A stretch of 64,000 bases of DNA from Alphaproteobacteria bacterium (GTDB lineage Bacteria > Pseudomonadota > Alphaproteobacteria > UBA828): positions 1,312,001-1,376,000 of the forward strand of contig CBDEFM010000002.1 of assembly GCA_965237415.1 (NCBI GenBank), given 5' to 3'. Positions within the stretch are counted from its first letter, which is position 1, and each line of letters begins with the position of its first letter. Both the position numbers and the translations under genes were made by a program. Positions 8,274-18,620 of this stretch are shown here, one piece after another. The notes beneath the pieces were generated by a model. The model searched no databases and had not been told where the DNA came from. It saw nothing but the letters and a program-made list of their open reading frames with translations.

Positions 8274-10778
8274 TTGGGCGCTGCGTGGCGCATCGCCCGG
8301 CGCGAGCTTCGAGGGGGCGTGCGGGGCTTCCGCGTCTTCCTCGCCTGCCTGGTGCTGGGCGTCGCCACCACCGCCGCCGTCGGCTCGCTCGGCGAGGCGC
8401 TGAAGGCCGGGCTTGCCCGCGACGCACGGATGATCCTGGGCGGCGATGTGGAGCTGGTGCAGTTCTCGCAGCCGCTCAGCCAAGCGGTGACGGACTACCT
8501 GGAGACGAACGCCACCGCCCTCTCGCATGTCGTCACCATGCGGAGCATGGCCCATCTCGAGGACGGCTCGAGCCGCTCGCTGGTCGAGCTCAAGGCGGTG
8601 GACGGCGCTTACCCGCTGGTCGACCGCGTGCGGCTCGAAGGCGGCATGGCACTCGCCGACGTCTTGGCCGGCGGCGGCGCCGTGGCCGAGAAGGGACTGC
8701 TGGACCGCCTCGGTCTCGGAATCGGAGACAAGCTCCGGGTCGGCCAGGCGGCGCTCACGGTGCGCGCCGTGCTCGCGCGCGAGCCCGACAGGCTCAGCGC
8801 CGGCATATCGCTCGGGCCCCGGATCATGATGGATCACGCATCGCTGGAGGCCGCCGGCCTGATGCAGCCCGGCGCCCTGGTGCGGCATCGCTACCGCGCG
8901 CTGATACCGGAGAGCACGCCGGTCGCAGACTGGACGGCCGGGCTGGAGGCGACGTTCCCCGACGGCGGCTGGAGGCTGCGCGACGTACGCGACTCGAATC
9001 CCTCGCTCAGGCGCCAGCTCGACCGCGTCGGCCTGTTCCTGACGCTGGCCGGGCTCGCCGCCCTCCTGGTCGGCGGGATCGGCGTCGCCAGCGCCGTCTC
9101 CAGCCATCTGCACGGCAAGCTGCACACCATCGCGGCGCTCAAGTGCGTGGGTGCCACGCGCGCCACCGTGCAACGCGCCTTCCTGCTGCAGATCGGTGCG
9201 CTCGGACTCGCGGCCATCGCGGCGGGCCTGGTTATCGGCGCAGCCGCGCCGCCCATCCTCGCCGCGCTCCTGGGCGACGCCTTGCCGGTGCCGTTCGCGG
9301 GCTTGATCCACGGCGCGCCGCTCGGCCTGGCGGCCGCCTACGGCGCGCTCACGATGCTGGCCTTCTCGCTCTGGCCCTTAGGCCGGGCCGCGCGGACCCG
9401 GCCCGGCGTGCTGTTCCGGGGTGCCGCCGCGCCGGTCTCGGGCTGGCCGCCCTTGGCAGCGATTGCCGGCACGGTGCTCGCGGCCGCAGCGCTTGCCGGC
9501 ATCGCGGTCGCCACCGCGGCGCGCCCCGATATCGCCTTGGGGTTCGTCCTCGGCGCGCCGGCGGCGCTCGCAATCTTCAGAGCGGCGGCCGCCCTGGTGG
9601 TCATCCTGGCCCGGCGGATTCGCCCGCGGCGGCTGCCCGCGCTCAGGCTGGGCCTCGCCAATCTGGGCCGGCCGGGGGCGCCCACGGTCCCGGTCGCGAT
9701 GTCGCTCGGCACCGGGCTCGCGGTACTGGTGGCGATCGCGCTGGTGGAAGGCAATCTCGCCGCGCAGATCAGCGAGCAGCGCGAAGACGAGCGGCCGGCG
9801 TTCTTCTTCCTCGATATCCAGAAGCACCAGATCGCGCCCTTCGAGCGGCTGGTGGAGGAGACCGCCGGCGCCGACTACGGCCGCCGCGTGCCGATGCTGC
9901 GCGGCCGCGTCGTGCGCATCGCTGGCGTGCCGGTGCGGGAGGCCGCGGTCGCCCCTGGCTCGGAATGGGTGGTGCAGAGCGACGTCGGCCTCAGCTACGC
10001 CGCCACCGCGCCGCCCAATGCGGAGATCACCGCAGGCCAGTGGTGGGCGGCCGAGTATGACGGGCCGCCGCTGGTCTCGCTGACGGAGGAGGTGGCGCAC
10101 GATTTCGGCCTCGAACTCGGCGACACCCTCTCCATCAACGTGCTGGGGCGCGAATTCACGGCCGAGGTCGCGAGCTTCCGCCGGGTCGACTGGACGGCGT
10201 TCGATATCAACTTCGTCGTGATATTCTCCCCCGGAGTCCTGGAGGGAGCGCCGCAGACGCAGCTCGCCACCGCGCACGCGACACCGGAGGCGGAACCCGT
10301 GCTCGAGCGCGCGGTGACGGAGCGCTTCGCTAACATCACGGCGATCTCCATACGCGCGATCATCGAGGCATTGGACGAACTCATGGGCCGAATTGGCGTG
10401 GCGGTACAGGCGGTGGCCGGGCTCACCGTCGCGGCGGGCCTCTTGGTGCTGGCGGGCGCAACCGCGGCCGGCCACGAGCGGCGGGTGCACGACGCGGTCG
10501 TCTTCAAGGTGCTGGGCGCGAGGCGCGGCGACCTGCTGCGTGCCTTCCTCGCCGAGCACATCCTTCTCGGCTGCGCCATCGCCGGGCTCGCCATCGGCAT
10601 CGGCACGCTAGCCGCCTGGGCCTTCGTAACGCAGGTTTTGGACCTGCAATGGCGCTTCCTGCCCGAATATGTGGCCGTGACCGCCGCAACCTGTATTACC
10701 ATGACGCTTGTTCTCGGATTCGCGAGCACATGGCGCGCGCTCGGCCGCAAGGCAGCGCCCCTCCTGCGAGTGGAATAG
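8274..10778 (+). CDS. ybbP: FtsX-like ABC permease (YbbP-like)
   Basis: 834 aa with two FtsX-type TM blocks, PAFFFLDIQ and PMLRGR motifs; follows ybbA. Confidence 0.87.
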   Translation: MGAAWRIARRELRGGVRGFRVFLACLVLGVATTAAVGSLGEALKAGLARDARMILGGDVELVQFSQPLSQAVTDYLETNATALSHVVTMRSMAHLEDGSSRSLVELKAVDGAYPLVDRVRLEGGMALADVLAGGGAVAEKGLLDRLGLGIGDKLRVGQAALTVRAVLAREPDRLSAGISLGPRIMMDHASLEAAGLMQPGALVRHRYRALIPESTPVADWTAGLEATFPDGGWRLRDVRDSNPSLRRQLDRVGLFLTLAGLAALLVGGIGVASAVSSHLHGKLHTIAALKCVGATRATVQRAFLLQIGALGLAAIAAGLVIGAAAPPILAALLGDALPVPFAGLIHGAPLGLAAAYGALTMLAFSLWPLGRAARTRPGVLFRGAAAPVSGWPPLAAIAGTVLAAAALAGIAVATAARPDIALGFVLGAPAALAIFRAAAALVVILARRIRPRRLPALRLGLANLGRPGAPTVPVAMSLGTGLAVLVAIALVEGNLAAQISEQREDERPAFFFLDIQKHQIAPFERLVEETAGADYGRRVPMLRGRVVRIAGVPVREAAVAPGSEWVVQSDVGLSYAATAPPNAEITAGQWWAAEYDGPPLVSLTEEVAHDFGLELGDTLSINVLGREFTAEVASFRRVDWTAFDINFVVIFSPGVLEGAPQTQLATAHATPEAEPVLERAVTERFANITAISIRAIIEALDELMGRIGVAVQAVAGLTVAAGLLVLAGATAAGHERRVHDAVVFKVLGARRGDLLRAFLAEHILLGCAIAGLAIGIGTLAAWAFVTQVLDLQWRFLPEYVAVTAATCITMTLVLGFASTWRALGRKAAPLLRVE

Positions 10779-11558
10779 ATGCACGGCCACGGAGCCCCCT
10801 CGCCCCCGAGGCTTGGTGTGTATGAGACGGTCGGTGAGGCCTTCCGCCTCACCTTCCGCAACTTCCGCACCATGCTGGGCTTCGCGCTCGCGCCCATGGT
10901 GGTGGCGGTACTGCTGCCGGCGGTGATGCGGCTCGATCTTCAGAGCGATGCCTCCTCCGTTCAGCTCATCATCCACGCGTTTGCGCGGCTCTTCCTGCTC
11001 TCGGTCTTCGCGGTCGCCTGGCACCGCTATCTTCTGCTCGGCAGGCGCGATACGAGCGTGCCGATCCAGTTCTGGCCGGGTGCCCGGGACGCCAAGTATT
11101 TCGGCCTGCTCAGCCTCTTCCTACTGCCGCAGGAGATTGTCCTGGTCGCGATGCAGGCGCAGGACCTGTTCCTGGTCCTGCTGCTGCTGCTGATCACGCT
11201 CTTCATCGCCGCACCGTTCGCGCTGGCCTTTCCGGCGATGGCCGTCGACAACTATCGGGGGCTCCTGGCCGCCCGCCGCACGCTGCGTGGCGCTACGCTC
11301 CAGCTTGTCGGCGCGATCCTGCTCTCCTTCGTGGCGATCACCGTCCTGATGTTCCTGCTCGGCGGCGTCCTCGGGTCAGTAATTCTCGCCACGTTCGGCC
11401 CCGGCGCGATGGTGTCCTTCTTCAACGCGCTGACTTTCCTCACCGTCGGCATTCCCGTGGCCGTGATCACGGTCGCCTACCGCAAGCTCAACCCTCCGCC
11501 TCCGGGACCCGCCTTCGGGACCGCCGCGAGCCCCGCGAGCCCCGCGAACGATACCTGA
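10779..11558 (+). CDS. Hypothetical integral membrane protein
   Basis: About 6 hydrophobic segments, AVAWHR.LL motif, good codon bias, abuts ybbP. Confidence 0.7.
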   Translation: MHGHGAPSPPRLGVYETVGEAFRLTFRNFRTMLGFALAPMVVAVLLPAVMRLDLQSDASSVQLIIHAFARLFLLSVFAVAWHRYLLLGRRDTSVPIQFWPGARDAKYFGLLSLFLLPQEIVLVAMQAQDLFLVLLLLLITLFIAAPFALAFPAMAVDNYRGLLAARRTLRGATLQLVGAILLSFVAITVLMFLLGGVLGSVILATFGPGAMVSFFNALTFLTVGIPVAVITVAYRKLNPPPPGPAFGTAASPASPANDT

Positions 11559-11679
11559 TCGACCCTTCCCCGCCCCGGTATCGGACCCGCCAAATTGTTC
11601 GCAGGCGTTGAAAATTGGCCGCGGGATACCTAATATCAGTCTTCGAATCCGACAGTTTGTCGCACTAGGGGGCGCTTCG

Positions 11680-12396
11680 ATGGCACTCGGGACGCAAGGC
11701 CGGCCGTTCGCCGGCACGACTCTGACCCAGGCGCAGGTCGACCAGGGTCTGCGGAGCTACATGCTCCGCGTCTACAACTACATGGCCTCGGGCCTCGCGC
11801 TCACGGGCGTCACCGCCTACGCGATAGCCAATACCGGGCTCTTCAACGTGCTCTACGGCTCGGGCCTCGGGTTCGTGGTCATGCTGGCTCCACTCGGCAT
11901 CGTGTTCTTCATGAGCATCAAGATCCGGACCATGAAGCACACCACGGCGCAGTGGCTGTTCTGGGTCTTCTCGATCCTCATGGGGGCCTCGCTCTCCTAC
12001 ATCTTCATGGCCTACACGGCGACCAGCATCGTCCGGGTGTTCTTCATCACCATGGGCATGTTCGGGGCGATGAGCATCTACGGCTACGTGACCAAGCGCT
12101 CGCTGGTCTCGTGGGGCTCGTTCCTGTTCATGGGCCTGATCGGCGTCATCATCGCCATGCTGGTGAACATCTTCCTGCAGTCGGAGTTGCTGCACTTCGT
12201 GATCTCGGTGATCGGCGTGCTGGTCTTCCTCGGCCTCACCGCCTACGACACGCAGCGGATCAAGGACGTCTATCGGGAGAGCGACGGTAAGGCGGTCATG
12301 GTGAAGAAGTCGGTGATGGGCGCGCTCTCGCTCTACCTCAACTTCATCAACATATTCATCCTGTTGCTCCATCTCTTTGGCGCCGCACGCGAATAG
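11680..12396 (+). CDS. Bax inhibitor-1/YccA family membrane protein
   Basis: DQGLRSYMLRVYNYM, GLTAYDTQRIK, GALSLYLNFINIF. Confidence 0.92.
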   Translation: MALGTQGRPFAGTTLTQAQVDQGLRSYMLRVYNYMASGLALTGVTAYAIANTGLFNVLYGSGLGFVVMLAPLGIVFFMSIKIRTMKHTTAQWLFWVFSILMGASLSYIFMAYTATSIVRVFFITMGMFGAMSIYGYVTKRSLVSWGSFLFMGLIGVIIAMLVNIFLQSELLHFVISVIGVLVFLGLTAYDTQRIKDVYRESDGKAVMVKKSVMGALSLYLNFINIFILLLHLFGAARE

Positions 12397-12418
12397 CGGC
12401 GGCGCCGGATAGCGACGG

Positions 12419-12452
12419 AGGGCACCGGGCGGCCAGCGCCCGGTGCCCTTTT
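12419..12452 (+). terminator. Rho-independent terminator
   Basis: AGGGCACCGGGCG-gccag-CGCCCGGTGCCCT stem followed by TTT, just after the BI-1 stop. Confidence 0.75.
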
Positions 12453-12461
12453 CGTCCGGCG

Positions 12462-13262
12462 ATGTTCGACCGACTCTGGCGCCATGGCGCCCCCGGCCCG
12501 GTGGCGGCGTTTCAACGCTCGCTCACCTACTTTCCCGACCGCACGCGGCCCACGCCGGCCGACTCAGGCGTCCCGGAACTCTCGCCCGTCACCCTTGAGA
12601 CCGAGGATGGGCTTTCGCTGCTCGCGTGGTATGCGCCGCCCCGTGTTTCAGGCGCACCCAGCCTCGCCTATTTCCACGGCAATGCCGGCCATATCGGCAT
12701 GCGGGGCTTCAAGGTGCGGGCCTATCTCAACGCCGGGCTCGGCGTCCTGCTCACCAGCTGGCGCGGCTACAGCGGCAATCCCGGCACGCCGACGGAAGAC
12801 GGGCTCTGTGCCGACGGCCGGGCGGCACGCGCCTTCCTCCGGGCGCACGGTTGCGGCGATGACCGCCAGATACTCTATGGCGAATCCCTCGGCACCGGCG
12901 TGGCGGTCCACCTCGCGCGGGAGGCCGCGCCCGGCGCTCTGGTGCTGGAGGCGCCCTTCAGCTCGATCGTGGATATCGCCTCGGGCCGCTTCCCGCTGCT
13001 CCCGGTCGGCCCGCTGATCGTGGATCGCTTCGATTCGGCCGCCAAGATCGGCAAGGTGGCGGCCCCGGTCCTCATCGTGCACGGCGAGCGCGACCGGACC
13101 ATCCCCGTGCGTCTCGCGCGCCGGCTCTTCAAGCGCGCGCGCGAGCCCAAGGAGGCGGTGTTCATCCCCGAGGCCGACCACGCCGACCTCGTGGAGTTCG
13201 GCCTGCCTGCCATCGCGCTTGAATTCCTCGCCCGCCACGGCCTCGCGCCGCCGCAGCCCTGA
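12462..13262 (+). CDS. Alpha/beta hydrolase (ABHD12/13, BEM46-like)
   Basis: YFHGNAG, GESLG nucleophile elbow, HGERD...H catalytic pair. Confidence 0.88.
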   Translation: MFDRLWRHGAPGPVAAFQRSLTYFPDRTRPTPADSGVPELSPVTLETEDGLSLLAWYAPPRVSGAPSLAYFHGNAGHIGMRGFKVRAYLNAGLGVLLTSWRGYSGNPGTPTEDGLCADGRAARAFLRAHGCGDDRQILYGESLGTGVAVHLAREAAPGALVLEAPFSSIVDIASGRFPLLPVGPLIVDRFDSAAKIGKVAAPVLIVHGERDRTIPVRLARRLFKRAREPKEAVFIPEADHADLVEFGLPAIALEFLARHGLAPPQP

Positions 13263-13279
13263 CGGCGCAAGGGAGGCTG

Positions 13280-13990
13280 TTACCCGGCCGCGCCCATGTG
13301 CCGGGCGAGGGCCATGAAGTCGGGCACCACCGCCTCCCAGTCAGCGCTGGGAGCAAGATCGGGGGTGCCTGCCGGGCCGTATTCCTCAGGGCGGGGCACG
13401 AAGGCCGCCTTGAGACCCGCTTCGCGCGCCGCCGCGAGATCGAAGTTGTGCGCGGCGACCATCATCACTGCCTCGGGCGCGAGGCCGAGCGCGGCGGCGG
13501 AGGCACGGTAGACCGCCGCCTGCGGCTTGTAGTCGCGGGCGATATCGGCGCCGACGATGGCATCCCAGGGCAGGCCGGCAGAACGCGCGAGCCGGGCCAT
13601 CATCGCGATCGAGCCATTGGAACAGGGCGCGACGAGGTAGCGGCTGCGTAGCGCCTCAAGGCCGGGCACCGCGTCCGGCCAGGGCGGCAGCTTCTCCCAT
13701 GCCCGGTTGAGACGCGCGCGGCCCTCGTCGTCCACGGCGTCGCCCAAGCCGAAGTCGGCGAGCGTGGCGTCGAGATTCTCGCGATGCAGCAGGTCGAGCG
13801 CCACATAGCCCCGCCGCCCGGTGCGGACCTCCTCCATCGACGGCTGGTACTTGGCCCGCCAGGAATCGGCGAAGGCCAAGGGATCGATCGTCCGCTCCGA
13901 GTCGGCGAAAAACGCCTCGACCTCGCGGGCGACGCCGGTGCGCCAATCGACCACCGTGCCGAACACGTCGAAGAGCAACGCTTCGATCAC
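13280..13990 (-). CDS. Haloacid dehalogenase type II
   Basis: FDVFGTVVDWR, SNG, YKP, MVAAHNFDL. Confidence 0.9.
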   Translation of the reverse strand: MIEALLFDVFGTVVDWRTGVAREVEAFFADSERTIDPLAFADSWRAKYQPSMEEVRTGRRGYVALDLLHRENLDATLADFGLGDAVDDEGRARLNRAWEKLPPWPDAVPGLEALRSRYLVAPCSNGSIAMMARLARSAGLPWDAIVGADIARDYKPQAAVYRASAAALGLAPEAVMMVAAHNFDLAAAREAGLKAAFVPRPEEYGPAGTPDLAPSADWEAVVPDFMALARHMGAAG

Positions 13991-14040
13991 CGCGGCCTCA
14001 CGCGACTATGACCGATGGGCGGGTGTGCCGTGACAGGCGA

Positions 14041-15072
14041 TTAGCGCGCCTCGACCGTCCAGGTATGGCCGGTCCGCAGCAGGGCCTCGATCCCGGGGGC
14101 GTCGGAGCCAGTCTTGGCGTCCTCGATCTGCGCGTAGACCGAGGCCTCGTAGCTCTCTTCCGGGCTGCAGAAGAGCACGCCGAGCGCCACGGGGAAGTCC
14201 GGCGGCTCCATCTCCGCAAAGATGCCGGCTAGCGGCCGGTTAGTCTGGTCGTGGACCAGGAGATCGGACTCGTCCACCCCGCCTTCGCCAAGTGTCACCA
14301 CTTCGAGCGAGAACGTGCCCGGCGCCAGCCTGAGCCCGCGGTTTCGCTCCTTGCCGAAGATCAGCGGCTTGCCGTGCTCGAGGAAGATCTGCGTCTCGGG
14401 CGCGTTCTTGCGCTCGGCGAACGCGTCGAACGCGCCGTCGTTGTAGACGATGCAGTTCTGGAAGATCTCGACGAACGAGGCTCCCCGGTGCCCATGCGCG
14501 GCCTTCAGGATATCCGGCAGCCGCTTCTGGTCGGTATCGATGGCGCGGGCGACGAAGCGCGCACCGGCGCCAAGCGCGAAGCGTGTCGCCGACAGCGGAT
14601 GATCCACCGAGCCGAGCGGCGTCGACGGCGAGCGGGTGCCCTCGCGCGAGGTCGGCGAGTACTGCCCCTTGGTGAGGCCGTAGATCTCGTTGTTGAAGAG
14701 CAGGATGTTGAGATCGACATTGCGGCGCAGCGCATGCAGCGTGTGGTTGCCGCCGATGGAGAGCCCGTCGCCGTCGCCCGAGACCACCCAGACATCGAGG
14801 TGGGGATTGGCGAGCTTGACCCCGGTCGCAATGGCGGGGGCCCGGCCGTGGATGGTGTGGAAGCCGTAGGTCGCCATGTAGTAGGGGAAGCGCGCCGCAC
14901 AGCCGATGCCGGAGACGAAGACCACGTCCTTGGTAGCGGTGCCGATCTCGGCGAGCGCCTTGCGCACCGCCTTGATGATGGCGTAGTCGCCGCAGCCCGG
15001 ACACCAGCGGACCTCCTGATCGGAGGTGAAGTCCTGCGCTGTGAGGGCGGGGATCGCGACCGTATCGTTCAT
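14041..15072 (-). CDS. korB: 2-oxoacid:ferredoxin oxidoreductase beta subunit
   Basis: WCPGCGDY, SGIGC, HTIHGRA, GDGDGLSIGGNH, YGLTKGQYSPT. Confidence 0.93.
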   Translation of the reverse strand: MNDTVAIPALTAQDFTSDQEVRWCPGCGDYAIIKAVRKALAEIGTATKDVVFVSGIGCAARFPYYMATYGFHTIHGRAPAIATGVKLANPHLDVWVVSGDGDGLSIGGNHTLHALRRNVDLNILLFNNEIYGLTKGQYSPTSREGTRSPSTPLGSVDHPLSATRFALGAGARFVARAIDTDQKRLPDILKAAHGHRGASFVEIFQNCIVYNDGAFDAFAERKNAPETQIFLEHGKPLIFGKERNRGLRLAPGTFSLEVVTLGEGGVDESDLLVHDQTNRPLAGIFAEMEPPDFPVALGVLFCSPEESYEASVYAQIEDAKTGSDAPGIEALLRTGHTWTVEAR

Positions 15073-15073
15073 C

Positions 15074-16939
15074 TCATGCCTCCGAGTGGGCGCGGATCGC
15101 GTCCATGACCTCGACGATCTTGAAAGGCTTGCCGGTGACCTTGGGCAGGCTTATGGCCGGCACCAGGTAGCGGCTGCGCAGCACTGTAGTGAGCTGGCCC
15201 ATGTTCATCTCGGGCACCAGCACCTTCTCGAAGCCCGCGAGGAGGTCGCCGAGATTGCGTGGCAGCGGGCTGAGGTACCGCAGATGGATGTGCGAGACCG
15301 AGAAGCCCTCCTCCCGGCTGCGCTCGACGGCCCGGCTGATCGGCCCGTAGGTGGAGCCCCAGCCGACCACCGCGAGCGGGCCTTGCGTGGGCCCCTGATC
15401 GACCGTCTGCTCGGGGATATCGTCCGCGATGCGGGCGATCTTCTCGTGCCGCACGTTGGTCATGCGCTGATGGTTTTCGGGGTCGTAGGAGACGTTGCCC
15501 GTGGCGTAGTCCTTCTCCAGGCCGCCGATGCGGTGCTCGAGGCCGGGCGTGCCGGGCCTGACCCAAGGCCGGGCCAGCGTCTCCGGGTCTCGCTCATAGG
15601 GCTGGAAGCCATCCACCTCGGTGCGGAATGACACGGGGAAGGGCTCGAACGCGCCGACGTCGGGCAGCCGCCACGGCTCGGCCGCATTGGCGATGAAGGT
15701 GTCGCTCAGCACCACCACCGGCGTCATGTAACGCGTGGCGAGGCGCACCGCTTCGATGGCCACGTCGAAGGCTTCCGCCGACGAGCGGGCCGCGAGCACC
15801 ACCAGCGGCGCATCCGCATTGCGGCCGTAGACGGCGAGATAGAGGTCCGACTGCTCGGTCTTGGTCGGCAATCCGGTGGAGGGGCCCGCACGCTGGGAGT
15901 TCAACAGGATGAGCGGCAGCTCGGCGGTGATCGCGAGGCCGAGCGCTTCGGTCTTGAGCGCGACGCCTGGGCCGGAGCTGGAGGTGACGCCGAGGGCGCC
16001 CGCGTACGATGCGCCGATCGCGGCCCCCGCCGCGGCGATCTCGTCCTCGGCCTGGAAGGTCACCACATCGTAGGCCTTGAGCCGGGCCAGCACATGCAGC
16101 ACCGAGGAGGCGGGCGTGATCGGGTAGGAGCTGAACACGAGCTTCAGCCCGGCGAGCTTCGCCCCCGCCACGAGGCCCCAGGCCAGCGCCTCGGTCCCGG
16201 TGACGGTGCGGTAGAGGCCGGGCTGGAAGGTCGCGGGCTTGATCTCGTAGACGAGCGCGCCGTCGGGAAGCTCAGCGGTCTCGCCGAAGGCGTGCCCCGC
16301 CTTGAGGCACGCGATATTGGCCGCCGCGATGTTGGGCAGCTTCTTGAACTTGGTGTCGAGCCACTTGACGGTCACCGCGATGTCGCGATCGTAGAGCCAG
16401 TAGATCAGGCCGAGGGTCCACAGGTTTTTGGCGCGCAGCCCGTCCTTCTTGGAAACCCCGCACTCCTTGACCGACTCCAGGGTGAGCTTCGAGATGTCGA
16501 TCGCCATGATCCGGTAGCGGGAGAGGCTGTCATCGTCGAGTGGATTGGCGTCGTAGCCGGCCTTCTGCAGGTTCTTGTCGGTGAAGGTACCGGTATCTAC
16601 GATGATTTGGCCGCCCTCGCGGAGGTCGCCGACATTGACCTTGAGCGCTGCCGGATTCATGCAGACCAGTACGTCCGGCACGTCGCCCGAGGTCATCACG
16701 TTGCGCGAGCCGAAATTGATCTGGAAGGCGGAAACGCCGTAGGTGGTGCCAACCGGCGCCCTGATCTCCGCCGGGAAATCGGGGAAGGTGGTGAGGTCGT
16801 TGCCGGCGAGCGCGGCGGTCTCGGTGAAGCGACCGCCGGTCAGCTGCATGCCGTCGCCGGAATCCCCGGCGAAGCGGATCACGGCCGATTCCAGCTCCTC
16901 GCGCGGCACGTCCTCAAGCGTCAATGCTGCTTCTGCCAT
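15074..16939 (-). CDS. korA: 2-oxoacid:ferredoxin oxidoreductase alpha subunit (fused gamma-alpha)
   Basis: RFAGDSGDGMQL, YPITP, QAEDEIA, QRAGPSTGLPTK, PEMNMGQL. Confidence 0.93.
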   Translation of the reverse strand: MAEAALTLEDVPREELESAVIRFAGDSGDGMQLTGGRFTETAALAGNDLTTFPDFPAEIRAPVGTTYGVSAFQINFGSRNVMTSGDVPDVLVCMNPAALKVNVGDLREGGQIIVDTGTFTDKNLQKAGYDANPLDDDSLSRYRIMAIDISKLTLESVKECGVSKKDGLRAKNLWTLGLIYWLYDRDIAVTVKWLDTKFKKLPNIAAANIACLKAGHAFGETAELPDGALVYEIKPATFQPGLYRTVTGTEALAWGLVAGAKLAGLKLVFSSYPITPASSVLHVLARLKAYDVVTFQAEDEIAAAGAAIGASYAGALGVTSSSGPGVALKTEALGLAITAELPLILLNSQRAGPSTGLPTKTEQSDLYLAVYGRNADAPLVVLAARSSAEAFDVAIEAVRLATRYMTPVVVLSDTFIANAAEPWRLPDVGAFEPFPVSFRTEVDGFQPYERDPETLARPWVRPGTPGLEHRIGGLEKDYATGNVSYDPENHQRMTNVRHEKIARIADDIPEQTVDQGPTQGPLAVVGWGSTYGPISRAVERSREEGFSVSHIHLRYLSPLPRNLGDLLAGFEKVLVPEMNMGQLTTVLRSRYLVPAISLPKVTGKPFKIVEVMDAIRAHSEA

Positions 16940-17127
16940 AGCCCTGTCATTCTTCGTGAAGCCCGGACGAGCCGGTGAGATTCACTTACTCCCACAGGCC
17001 CCCGATGTCTAGTGGTCCGACCTTTTGGTTATGGTTCGAGCCGAGATTTCAGCGATATCCCGACGCGGAATCGGCTCTGCGCAAGTCTCGCGCCCCTCAC
17101 CCGGCCTGCGGGCGGGGCGAGCAAGGG

Positions 17128-18450
17128 TCAGCCGGCGGCCCGCTGCTCGTTCAGGACGGCGAGAAAATCCTCACGCCGGTAGAGCTTCCGGCGCGGCGCG
17201 CCTTCCGCGGCGGCGGCGATCTCCGCCGCCTCGATCTGCCGCCAGTCGTCGAGATCGACCCAGCGGCGCCCGCGCGCGCGCAGCAGCGCCTCCAGCCCCT
17301 CCCGGCCCGGCTTGCCGCCGCCCGCCCCCAGATCGTCGAGAATCTGCTGGGCGGCGTCCCTGCCGTCCGGCTTGTTGGTGCCGATGACCCCGGTGGGGCC
17401 GCGCTTGATCCAGCCGACCGCGTAGAGGCCGGGCCCGACCCGGCCCGCGTCGTTCACGACGACGCCCTGCTTGTGGTCGAAGGGTGCGCCGTCCACGGGC
17501 ATGGAGAGGTAGCCCACGGCGGCGACCACCAGGCCGCAGGCGATCTCAAAGTGCTCGCCGGTGCCGACGGCGCGTCCGTTCTCGACCCGCGTGCGCTCGA
17601 AGCGGATCGCTTCCACGCGCGTATCGCCGAGGATCTCGACCGGGCTCGCGAAGAACACGAAGTGCACCCGTTTCGGCTTCTCGTCGGCCTCGCGCTCCGC
17701 AAAGGTGCGAAGGGTCTGCAAATTCTTCTCGCGGACGCGCCGGTCGCGATCGGACATCTCGCCGGTCGCGCTCTCCGGCAAGTCGGCTGCGGCGACCTGG
17801 GGCACGCACTGTTCGAGATGACCCATCTCGCGCAGCTCGACATTGGTGAACTTGGCTTCGACCGGGCCGCGACGTGCCACCATGTAAACATCGCCGATCG
17901 GAGCAGCATGGATGGGCTCGGCGGCGTAGTCCGGAAGGTCGGTCGCGGCCATCTCGGCCGGCGTCTTGACCAGCACGCGCGCCACGTCGATAGCGACATT
18001 GCCGGCGCCGATGATGACCACGCTCGACGTTTCGAGATCGGGGGTGCGGTCGATGAAATCGGGGTGGGCGTTGTACCAGTTGACGAAGCTCGCCGAGCCG
18101 ACGACCCCCGCCTTGTCCTCGCCCGGGATGCCCAGCTTCCGGTCGTGGGCGGCGCCGACCGCGAGCACCACGGCATCGTACATGCCGCGCAGCTCGTCGA
18201 GGGAGAGCGCGTCGCCGATATCGACATCGCCGTAGAAGTTGACGCGCTCGTTGGAGGCCGTGCGCGCGAAGCCGCGCATCACGTTCTTGGTCTTCTCGTG
18301 GTCGGGCGCGACCCCGAAGCGGATCAGCCCGTAGGGCGTCGGCAGCCGGTCGATAATGTCGATCTGGCACGCGGAGTCGGCCTTCAAGAGCGCGTCCGCC
18401 GTGTAGAAACCCGCCGGCCCGGAGCCGACGATCGCGACCTTGAGCGTCAT
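17128..18450 (-). CDS. Ferredoxin--NADP+ reductase, adrenodoxin reductase/FprA type
   Basis: GSGPAGFY, PTPYGLIRFGVAPDH, GAGNVAIDVAR, GWIKRGPTGVIGTN. Confidence 0.92.
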   Translation of the reverse strand: MTLKVAIVGSGPAGFYTADALLKADSACQIDIIDRLPTPYGLIRFGVAPDHEKTKNVMRGFARTASNERVNFYGDVDIGDALSLDELRGMYDAVVLAVGAAHDRKLGIPGEDKAGVVGSASFVNWYNAHPDFIDRTPDLETSSVVIIGAGNVAIDVARVLVKTPAEMAATDLPDYAAEPIHAAPIGDVYMVARRGPVEAKFTNVELREMGHLEQCVPQVAAADLPESATGEMSDRDRRVREKNLQTLRTFAEREADEKPKRVHFVFFASPVEILGDTRVEAIRFERTRVENGRAVGTGEHFEIACGLVVAAVGYLSMPVDGAPFDHKQGVVVNDAGRVGPGLYAVGWIKRGPTGVIGTNKPDGRDAAQQILDDLGAGGGKPGREGLEALLRARGRRWVDLDDWRQIEAAEIAAAAEGAPRRKLYRREDFLAVLNEQRAAG

Positions 18451-18620
18451 GTCCCCCCTCGTCTCGTCGGCGCGCACTATGCCAGCGATGAGGGGGAGTT
18501 TGAATGGTTTTCCGCATGGCTTCAGACCCAAGCGGCATACCGCTTTATCCGAGCCTCTTCCCTGTTCGGGCGCGCCGGCGCACCATAGGATTGCAGCGGG
18601 CCGTCAGGGGAGCGAACGCC